A DNA stretch of 64,000 nt from Histomonas meleagridis 2922-C6/04-290x (lineage: Eukaryota; Protista; Parabasalia). The DNA lies in contig JAANOX010000243.1 of the NCBI GenBank assembly GCA_020184695.1, forward strand, positions 711,772 to 775,771. Reading direction: 5' to 3'. The position numbers and the translations under genes were made by a program. Below the pieces are notes generated by a model, which worked only from the letters and a program-made list of their open reading frames with translations, made no database searches and was not told the origin of the DNA. Positions 29,277-40,100 of this stretch are shown in pieces; within the stretch, counting starts at the first letter, position 1, and each line of letters opens with the position of its first letter.

Positions 29277-31640
29277 TTAAAATATATCACAGCTACTATT
29301 GTTTTGATTTAATCCTGTTTTGTTATATTTTTCAAAAATACGAACAACATCAAATTTTCCTTTTCTTCCTGCCATTTGAACTGCGGTAAAATAAGCAAAA
29401 AATAAACACCAAAATTATTAAACAAACAGAAAACATAAAAAACAAATTTCAATTTCTATATCTGTATTTACATTTGGACATTGTAAAAGTATTTCAACTT
29501 TTTCTGCTAAGCCAAGTTCTGATGCTAAAAACAAAGGTGTTTTAAATATCACAAAAAAATTCCATTTTTAAACAAATTAAAAAAAACATCAATTGGATTC
29601 ATATCAATTCCATCTATTTTAATCAAATTAATGATCGAATTATTTGACCAGTTACAAGCAGCATAATGAAGAGGAGTTTGAGAAATATAAATAGAATTAG
29701 ATTTACATCTTTTGCATTAAAATCAAATCTTTTGTCTTGAAATATGAAATCAGGAACATCTTCTTGTTGCTGAAACAAATAATGAAGTGGAGTTTTTCCA
29801 TTTGAATCTTTTACATTTACATCAATATCCTTTCTATCAAGAACTTGATGAAGTATATCATAAAACGATGAATCTTCACATAATAAATGTAAAATTGTAT
29901 AAAAACCAAAAGAACTTTTCCATCATCAAATACTTCATTAATATTATATCTATCAGAACTAATAATTAAATTAATCTCATAAAGATATTTCTGTGAGAAA
30001 GCAAGTTTAATTGCTTTTTTATCATTTATATCTATTTTTGGATTATCAACTAATAACTTTATTACATCATCAGAATGAGTTTTTGTAGCAAAACAAAACA
30101 CATTTTTGGTGTCAATCAAATTATGATTAAGTAATGCATTAATATGTTCTAATTTATTTGATTCTATAGCAAGTAAAAGAGGTGTATAACCATCTTCATC
30201 AGTAACATTAGGATTAATATTAGGATCTTCTAAAAGGCGTTTTAAAATATCAGCAGATTCCAATGAAATTGATTCACTTAATGCAGATATATCACCAGCA
30301 TCTAAGTGATTAATATCAATTTTATTCTTTAACAATATAGAATCAATAACATTTAAATGATTATTCCTTACAGCAATATGAATTGCAGAAGCTCCATATG
30401 CATCATATAAATCCATTTTTACTTGTGGTAATGATAAAAGAAAGTTTACAATTGTTATTTCTCCAACTTCAGCGGCATAAATAAGTGGTGTTTCAAAACA
30501 TTTAAATAAATTTTAAAACGAAAAATAGAACTTTTTTAAAAATAAAAAAGAAATATTTCGTGCATTAAAATCAAATCTTTTATCAGATGCAAATATTTCA
30601 AGAATTTCTAATTGAGAATAATGTATAGCTTCAAAAATTAACATATTTAATGAACCATTAACATATTTTAACAAATAATTTAATGCTTCAATACAACCAT
30701 TTCGAATTGCATTTTGTAAAGCATTAATTATATCTTCATTAGTTACTTTAAATTGTTTAAAAACATATGTTATAAGTTCAATATTATTTGATCTTGCAGC
30801 AAAGATAAAATATGTTTGATAATTAACATTATTATCATCTATTAACCATCGTAAAATTTCTAGATAATGATAAAAAGCTGCTTGTTCGCATGCAGTATTT
30901 ATATCGTATTGAAACGATTCGCATAAATGTATAATTTCTGTGTTGCCACCAGAAATTGCATATGACATAAGATCATTCCCATTTGAATCTTTGATTTCAG
31001 CACTTTCCGAATTTAATAAAATAAATTTAAAGCAATTAATTGAACCAAAGAATGCAGCACATTGTATTAATGTAGGTGTAGAACTAAAGAAAATAGATGT
31101 TACATTATTATTTGGAAGAGATTTTGTTAAATCAAATCCTGCTTGAGATGATAGAATTTGTAAATCTTCAACTTTATCATGATATAATATATATAATATA
31201 TCATTTTTGTCTTCTTCGAAATTTAATAAATTTTTTAATTTTTCAATATCATCTTTAGTAAAATTCATTTCTTTTAATCCTAGTGAATCAAACATGTTCT
31301 TCATTGAAGTAAAATGCTCCGATTCAGGCCTTTCTATTAAAATTGATTTAATTTTTTTATTAATAATTAAAGAAATATCAATATCAGAAATATTTTCTTT
31401 TTGAATGTTGATAATTTCTATTAAAAAATTACATAAAATTTCTGATTTTTTAGGTCTTAATTGAAAAGCCCATAACACTTGATCAAACAATTGGGAAAAT
31501 AATTTTTCATCTTTGAAATAATTTTTGTTGATTAACATATCCAATGTTTCCAAATAATTTGTTTTATCAATCTCAAGTAAAGATTTTTGTAGATATATTA
31601 TTTCATCAATTCCTTGATTTCTAGAGCACATTTCCTCCAT
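29277..31640 (-). CDS. DUF3447-type ankyrin-repeat protein reconstructed across five AT-rich interruptions; terminal CaaX-like SSCDIF*
   Basis: TLIQCAAFFGSINCFKFI signature in ORF 30513-31640. Ankyrin coding resumes in other frames (ETPLIYAAEVG, TILHLLCED, QTPLHYAAC, KTPLFLASELG, TAVQMAGRKG) after spacers at about 30495-30551, 29899-29916, 29681-29703, 29544-29584 and 29391-29445. Confidence 0.7.
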
Positions 31641-31742
31641 TTTTCTCGTAAAAAACTGACACTAATTTCAATTAAATTTTATCGTAAATTATTTATCGCC
31701 TTTTTTACAAAAATACGTTAAGTAATTTCACTTTTATCAAAA

Positions 31743-31772
31743 AACGGTGGATTGAGACCGTTAATCACACTT
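31743..31772. promoter_or_regulatory. Inverted M3-like pair (aacggt...accgtt) plus Inr-like TCACACTT in a bidirectional promoter
   Basis: aacggt-ggattgag-accgtt lies between the divergent ankyrin (31640) and RING (31783) genes. Same arrangement as at 1795-1817. Confidence 0.5.
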
Positions 31773-31782
31773 CAGTGTACCA

Positions 31783-32685
31783 ATGGAGCAAAATGATCTA
31801 TGGAGTGTAGATGGATCATTCACACGTAACTACACGATGTTTGGGTTGCTTGTCATAGTGTTATTTTGCATCCTTTGGTTTATTAACATATGGAAAATTA
31901 CAGTAATCTTGTTATTCATTTTATCTATTTTCTTTTACTTTGAATATACGTTACACATACAAATTGACTCAGTTTTATCAAATCCAGATATTCAGCTAAA
32001 CAGACGCAAAGCAATATTTGGAATGTTTTTTTTCGTAATCACATCAATATTTTGTTTTTTACTACTTATTAATCATTTCGGAATTGAATCTCTTGATCAC
32101 AATGATTTTTCACTCACTTCAGCATATATCAAATCACTTCTAGTTTCATTATTTTTATTTTGTCTTTTTTTATCATTTAAATTACTATTAATTGGCTTTA
32201 ACATAATTACAGTTCTTCAAATAAAACGAGGTTTCTTTGCAATTTGGCATCGCCTTACCGTCATAATTCGGGGAATTTTTGTAACAAGTTTTTGGCTTAA
32301 TTTTTTCCAACAATCAGACAGTATTACTCTAAGTGATTTTATTTATGGGAAAGAATCACATATTTCCAAAATATATCTTATTACTAAATTTTTTTATTTT
32401 GCCCAACTTGTTTGGGATTTAGATGGTGCACGACAAGCATTCATTGCTTCAAGAGCGAAGCTTTTCTCTCAATGCACATCACCCAATGAATGTCAGATTT
32501 GTGGCAAAAAGTGCCAAGCGCCCGTTAAACTTATGTGCCAACATATCTTTTGCCAAGATTGCATACAAAATGCACTCAACGACAGACCCTTTTGTCCTGT
32601 TTGCCAGACGCCGCCCATAGACAATCTTAAATATGCTGTTTTTGATGGTTATACATCGTTTTCAGCAATTTTTTCATGTTTTTAA
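31783..32685 (+). CDS. Multi-pass membrane RING-finger E3 ligase (RNFT1/2-like)
   Basis: About five TM segments, then CQIC...PVKLMCQHIFCQDCI......CPVCQ (C3HC4). Confidence 0.85.
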   Translation: MEQNDLWSVDGSFTRNYTMFGLLVIVLFCILWFINIWKITVILLFILSIFFYFEYTLHIQIDSVLSNPDIQLNRRKAIFGMFFFVITSIFCFLLLINHFGIESLDHNDFSLTSAYIKSLLVSLFLFCLFLSFKLLLIGFNIITVLQIKRGFFAIWHRLTVIIRGIFVTSFWLNFFQQSDSITLSDFIYGKESHISKIYLITKFFYFAQLVWDLDGARQAFIASRAKLFSQCTSPNECQICGKKCQAPVKLMCQHIFCQDCIQNALNDRPFCPVCQTPPIDNLKYAVFDGYTSFSAIFSCF

Positions 32686-32711
32686 AAACGTTAGAATTTT
32701 TATTGATAATT

Positions 32712-33941
32712 TTATATTCTGCCTTTTAATGCTTCCTTTGCTTGTTTTCTTTTTTGTTGCTCTAAGATTGCAATTTGTTCATCCATTGCATTCATTCGAG
32801 CTTCGATTTTAGATAACATTTTTGATAAGACAGCAATTTGATCTGTGATTTCATGCATAATTGATACATATCGACGCATGTTATCAACCCCTTCGTATTT
32901 AATTTCTGTTGGGGCTGATTCTGGTATTGGTTCTGGCTTAGGCTCAGGTGGAATCGTCTCATTCCATTTCCCGAGTTTTTCACGGGTTTTTGATCGTTGA
33001 TTTTTGTTAACGGTCTCCGGTATCGGTGGTTTGATGTCAACGATCGGCGCATCCCACAAAACGACACGATGATCATTACCAACAGAAGAAAACACGCTTC
33101 CATCTGGTGACCAAGCAACGTTTATTACATCTGATGTATGACATTGTAATGTATAAATAGGATTTATAGTATCTCCATTACAAATGCAAATTGAACCATC
33201 TGAAGATGATACAAGTAATAAAGATTGTGTTGGATGAAATGAAACTGATGTGACTTTGCTTTGAAAGAGTGTGGAATTGTTTAAAACTTGTTGACTTCGA
33301 CAATCCCAAAGAACAACAGAACCATTTTCGAGGCCAATAGCAATTGAATTTCCTGTTTGACGAATAGATGTTGATGTAATGTTTGATTTTACAGTAAAGG
33401 AATGTGCCATTTCGCCACTTCGAAGATCAAATAATCTACATATTCCAGTTTCTGAGCCTGTAAGTGCAAGAAGACCATCAGATGAAATAGAAACACTGTC
33501 GACACCATCTTTTTGGTTAGGAATTTGAATAATATTTTCGATTTTTCGAGGATCCCAAACACTTACATTTCCATTACGAGTTCCAATAAGAAGTTTGTCA
33601 AAGCTTGGTGTAAGATCAATAGAAGAAATTTCTGATTTCATGTTGATTGAAAAGGAATCATTTTCTTCATTACATATCCAAATACGCACAGTTCCATCTT
33701 TGCTACCAGAAACTAATTGATTTTGTTCAATACCTGCGGTAATGCAGGTTATCGAATCCTTGTGTCCAAAAAGTCTTTTAGCTTTTGTATTTGAATTTGC
33801 TGGAAGAATTACAACTGTTCCATTCGAAAGTCCTGTCGCAATATATTGTGAACCAAAAAATGGACACGCGCAAGTAGGTTGTTGTTTTTGTATGGCAAAC
33901 GATTTTCGAAGTGTTGGTTCGCGTGTTTCCATTTTTTTCAT
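32712..33941 (-). CDS. POC1: POC1-like centriolar WD40 protein
   Basis: EPTLRKSF N-terminus, seven WD40 repeats, C-terminal coiled coil SIMHEITDQIAVLSKMLSKIEARM resembling the Poc1 motif. Confidence 0.7.
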   Translation of the reverse strand: MKKMETREPTLRKSFAIQKQQPTCACPFFGSQYIATGLSNGTVVILPANSNTKAKRLFGHKDSITCITAGIEQNQLVSGSKDGTVRIWICNEENDSFSINMKSEISSIDLTPSFDKLLIGTRNGNVSVWDPRKIENIIQIPNQKDGVDSVSISSDGLLALTGSETGICRLFDLRSGEMAHSFTVKSNITSTSIRQTGNSIAIGLENGSVVLWDCRSQQVLNNSTLFQSKVTSVSFHPTQSLLLVSSSDGSICICNGDTINPIYTLQCHTSDVINVAWSPDGSVFSSVGNDHRVVLWDAPIVDIKPPIPETVNKNQRSKTREKLGKWNETIPPEPKPEPIPESAPTEIKYEGVDNMRRYVSIMHEITDQIAVLSKMLSKIEARMNAMDEQIAILEQQKRKQAKEALKGRI

Positions 33942-34169
33942 TTTATTAATAAACGTATTTCTTTTTACCCTTAAGCGAAAAATTAAACGGTCTCCGAATT
34001 TTGATACTTTTTTGTATCATTAAATACTAAAATTGAGAAAAATGAAATGCAATGGAAAAAATTGTTCCTATTAAACAATTAATGAATTTAATATTTAAAA
34101 AAGTTATTTTGCAAATTATATTCCACTTATTATTATTGATAAAAAGTTTTATTTGCAGAAAAGAATTTT

Positions 34170-37100
34170 TTACTCATTTTCAAAAGTACCTGTAAATTCG
34201 ATTGCCACTGATATCATTTGTTTCATTTTCTCAAATGATGAATAAGGCGGCATATGTAATTTATGGAAGCAAGTGGAGGAAGTAGGCAACATATCTCTTG
34301 TACCTATACCATCAATAATTAAGAAGTGATCACCATCACGAATTTGTGGAGGTAATCTAACTCTACCTGTTGAGAACCTTAATAACTTAGATAATTGTTC
34401 TGGTGTAAATCCTTCTACCACTTCCCAGAACCATTCTTGTTGTTGTCTTTGAATATCCAAGAATTGTGTCACTTTTCGTAAAGTAGTCAATGAAATTTCT
34501 TTTTCACCGCAAGCCAAAAATTCTAAGTCGATCCAATTCAAATATTTTGGTGCGCTGCAACCGAAATTCTCCCACAAACCTGCTCTCATTTTTTCTAAGT
34601 ATGGCTTCAATTCATTCAATCTAAATTCATTTGACAACGAGATGAATTCACTGCAATTTGAGAGCGTAACCGCCGTTGTTTTTCCTCTAGCGTTTAATGG
34701 CATTTCTTTTCCATATGCGTTTTTAATAACGAATTTTAATTGGAATCTTGAGTTAAATTCAGCGTTTGACAAAGTTTGTTTAGCCTCTTGTAAGCTTTGT
34801 ATTAAAATTTTATAATTCTCATCAATTTCATATATCTCTTCAATTGTTATATTACCAGTCATCAAATAATTCCAAACCAAAGGCGGGAAATTCAATTGTT
34901 GTACTAAACCAGTTCTAACACAAATTGCTATGAAAGCTCCAGCGAATTTATATTGGTCCATAATTCTATTATTTTGTAAAGGATTCGGTACAGGTATCAT
35001 ATAATCTCTTAAAGTACCAATTTGATTCACAGCATTTGGAATTGGTGTTACTAAACCACATAAAGGACACATTAAATCTAATGCGATTTCAGTAACTAAT
35101 TCACGCGCAGGACCACCAGCATCTATACCTTGTTCGCCAATCATTCGAACATGCCAAGGTCTACAATCAGGGTTACGGAACTTGTTTACACCTAATGAAT
35201 TATATTGTCTTGTCATTTGGTTCATTATAGTTTGTGATAAGTTATTATTAACACCGATTCGAATGTTACCACCAGTTTTACGATCTACTGTTAGATCAGG
35301 TTGATAATTATTATTATAACTACCAATTAATTGTTTGAATTTGCCTATTTTAACTTCAGTTGGTACTGATATAATTAATTGATTTAATATTGCGTCATTT
35401 TCGAAGTCAACATATTCTTTTATGATTAACCAATTTAATATTAATAATAATCTTGTTCGAATTAATATTAAATTCATTGGAATATTTAATGTTGGAATTA
35501 AGAATATTTTAATATTATCCAATATACTAAACTTTAAATCAATAGAATTATATTCATTAAGAGGTATTTGTTTCATTATTATATGATCAGATCGAATATC
35601 CCACATATTTAATAAATAAGAAATATCCGAAATAAATCGATCTCTATAATCCAACAAAAATTGTTCAAGTTGAATATCATCATTACTAATAATTATAAAT
35701 CGTGATTGATCAAATGTTTTTTCTCCCATTATTTCGAAATAAATTGTACCTTTAGTAATTGGAAATGATACATTATTTTGGAATAATAATTTATCAACCA
35801 TATTACGTGATGTAGAATAATATAAATTAACATGACTCATGTCACTATTAAATAATACTGTAATTTTTTGAGGGTTATAAAAATTAAAATCAATTTGCAT
35901 TCGTTTCGAATTAATTAATTTTGTAGTAAATGGAGGATATTTCTTTGTGAAATTACCCCAATCTCGAATAACTAAATGGAATGAATAACCTTGAAGTCTT
36001 TGATGGAATGGCATTACACGTTTAATGATTTGTAAATATTTAGATGAATCTTGTTTAAAGATAACAGCTTTATAAGGATCTGAAGGTAAACCAAATGTAG
36101 GATTATTAAGTGCTTTAATTTCTTGTTTATCTGTTTCTGTAAGGAATTCAGGATAAAAACTCTTTAATGGTAATAATACTCGTTCATCCCAAATGATTTG
36201 TAATTCATATAAGAATTGTTTAACATTTGCATCTTGTGAATAATAAGCATTAAATAAATTAATTAATTTTACAAAATTAGGTTCTAAATCAGATGAACCA
36301 ATTGGTAACATATAACGAACAAAATCAAATATATCTTTCTTAAACATTACAAAATATGGTGATTTAGCTATTAATGAATTAAATAAATGAATAAATGCTT
36401 CTTTACGATAAGTTTGGAATTTCTTAGAGATTTTTTCCATATTTAATTTAATATAATGAATGAAATATTTAAATGAAATTATCATTTCATAAAATGTACC
36501 ATTTAAGTTTTCATTTGTATTTTTAATAGGTATTGATATAATTGTAACATTATTTTGTTCAATATCAATTTTAATTGAATTCTCTGGTACATAATTTATA
36601 ATTTTATTCATTTGTTGATTATTAACACTAAATTTTGTAAGTGTTGAATGAGATAATTCTGCTTGAAAGATTATCCAACCATTAATATTATTACGAATAA
36701 AATGAAATGTTTTAAGTGATGGTTTAGATGTCTTCATAATAGCTTCATAATGATCTGGTTGACAAAAATGACAATTTACATTATTAATTTGATTCTTTAA
36801 TATTGTTGACCATTCTTCTGCAAATTGTTCTTCAAGATTATTTTGTGTAATATAATCTAAGATTCGATTAATAGTTGACTTATGACTATGTAATGAAGAA
36901 TTCTTAGGTTGTACATCAGGATTTAATACATTATGTGAGAAATTAATTGGTGAACCTGTAGATAATAATAAATTATGATTTATAGGTTCAATATATAATA
37001 ATAAAGATAAGAAAAATTGTATTAAGTTTGGTAAGTTAATATTAAATGTTGTTAATATTTGTTCAATTGGTATTGATGGTGTATTTAAACATTGTAATAA

Positions 37101-40100
37101 TAAATAATTTTTAGTTTCATTTGATATTCGAGAAGAATAACCTAAAGATAAGAAATTAGTGATTTCTAATGGCATTGAAGGGAAATTAGTTAAAGTGAAA
37201 TAAGGTAATATTGTACTATTTATTATTTTATCATTAAGAATAATTTCACCTGAATTACGGATTTGTGATGTAGTAATATAATTAAATGAATATGAAATTT
37301 GTGATGTTTCTGGATCTGTATTTACAAATATTTGAGTAATGTCTTGATATGTTAATTGTTTAGTTTGATATACTGATTCTGATTGTAAATTAGGAAAGAT
37401 TGGACTCATGTTTTGTAGGGCAGGATCTGGATTAATAGTTAAACTTGGACTTAATCTTGAAGTGATACGATTATCACAGACAAATAATGAATCAGATATA
37501 AATTCACCAATTGGATCCATAGGATGTTGAATATATTTAAGATTAACTTTCATGAAATCATTAAAATTAATATGAACTTTTGTATTAGTTGTATATAAAG
37601 GTTTAAATGAATTTAAGTTATTAAGATTAGGTTTGTTACGTTTAAAGATTACTTTACCTGTTAAAGGTGTTTGTAATGAAGAAGAATCAGTTAATATATA
37701 TTTAAGTTCATTATTAGCTCGAAGAATTACAAAGAAACAAATTGGATTTTCAACTGGTTTCATTTGTCGAATAACTATATCATCTAATATAATAGATGTA
37801 CCTTCATTCTTATCATAAACAATTTCGATTTCTTCGATTTTCTTTTTACCAAATTTACCATTTATTATATCTAAATCTAAATAATTCATTCCTGATTCAT
37901 ATATTGTAGGACAAAATGCACCGAATTTAAATGTTAAATTAGAAATATCTTTAAAATGACATCGTATCATATTATCTTTAGGTATAGGTGTAGTAACAAA
38001 CATAGAATTTATAGAAGAAAATAATGTATTATTAGTAATTCTTGAAGGATAATTTATACCATTTAATGAGAAATTAATAAAATGTGGATTTGTTACATTA
38101 GTAAAGAAGTTTCCATTATTTTGTAATAAATTACTCTTTAATATTATCTTAAATAATGGTAATGTATTAGAAAATGTAAATGATTTAATATCAATTAAAT
38201 TAATATATTGTAAAAACTCAATTAAAAATGTTTGTTCTTTCGAATATTCTTGTAATGAAGATAATACTAAGAATGATAATGTTGATTCAAATGTATTTTT
38301 AGGTTCATAATTTATTAAATATTTAGAGAAATAAGGGAATAAGAATTGATATTGTGGATATAATGAATAAGTAAATGGCATAATAGAAATAGGTGTAAAT
38401 GAATTAGAAAATGGTAAAACAATTTTTGTAGAATTATTTAATATAGGTAATTTCCAGACTGAATAAGATTTAGTCTTAAAATTAATTTTCGAGATATAAT
38501 ATACATTATTAGAATCAATTTCTTTAATTAAACCTCCTTCATGTATAGATTCTATTGTATTAGATAAAATCGAAAATGTAGCAAATAAATAAATTTTATC
38601 ATCAAAAATATCAAATTTTTCGGAATTTAATTCTTCTTTCTTTATATCATTACTAGGTGAATTCTTTAATAAAACATATTCAATAATTTGTTTAAATATT
38701 ATATCATCTTTACATTGTAATAATTTACGACATATTTGTATTAATTCATTAACTCCACTTAATATTGATTCATTAGATTTACAGATATCACCTGGTTTAC
38801 TATCTATTGAATAAGGTTTAATATCTTTCATAAAATCAGATGAATCACCTGTAACAGTTTTACCAATAATTGTTAAAATTTTATGTATTGTTAATAATCG
38901 TTCATCTTGACTTTGTAATAATAACATTTCATAAATTAATGATACAGTATTATGAAAGAATTTAGGTTTACATTTACGTATTAATGAAAATATTTCTTCA
39001 ATTTCACATGGAATTTTCATTTTAGATGAACATAATAATCGATATATTGATAAATTAGATAATAAATTATCTTTATCATATATATTCTTAGTTAAATCAA
39101 AGATTTGTGATAATTTTTCAATATCTGATTCTTGATTTTGTGATGCTATTATCATAATATCAGATACTATAAATGAAATAAATGACTTAAAATGTTTTTT
39201 AGAATAATCATTTGAATGTGCAAATAATTGTTCGATTAAAGTCTTTAATTGTTCATATATTAAATCAATTGATAATTTAGATAATGCTAATGTTAATGTA
39301 GCAAATAAAACTAATAATGAACTTACTGATATATCACTTTCTGATCCAGAAATTAATGAACGAACTAAACCTAATAATTCTAATATTAAACGTAACCCTT
39401 CTGTTTTAGCCGAAGAATTTAATGTCGATAAAAATGATATAATTAAACCATTTGATGAGAATCGATCAATTAAATATGATGAACATATTTTATCTTTATT
39501 ATTTCTAATCATTAAATTCAAAAATCCTATACCTGTAGTAATATGTTTTCTAGAAAGTCGTACAGATTCAATAATTTCGAAATAATTATCAGTTGTTAAA
39601 TTACTTGTAATTAAATTCTCAATATTACTTATTGTATTATCATTATTATCTTGATTAATAGATATTAATAATAAGGATTTCTTAGCCATTTCTTCTAAAT
39701 ATAAATCTATGTTTTGTGATAATTTCTCTGGTTTAAGTGGTGTAGAACTTTCTTCACATAATGATTTAAATTGTAATGTTTCTTGTTTAGATCGTTGAAT
39801 TGAACGTCTAATTTTATATAACGTATCCATTATTTGTTTAATCGAATGTGGTATAGTTGGATTATTATCATTATTAACTTCATTCGAAAATGTCATAAAG
39901 TCGGAAACAATTTTAAGTTGTTTAATAAATGCACAAATTATAACTTTCTCAAGTTTTCGTTCTTCTGGTAAAACTTTCTTCTTAAATCGATCAGGAACTT
40001 TCTTATATAAATAATCCATTAACTTTTGGATTTGTTTTGATTCTTCTAATTCTAAAAATGAATTTAAGAAATTTTCTTCTTGATTTTCATTATTTTGAAC

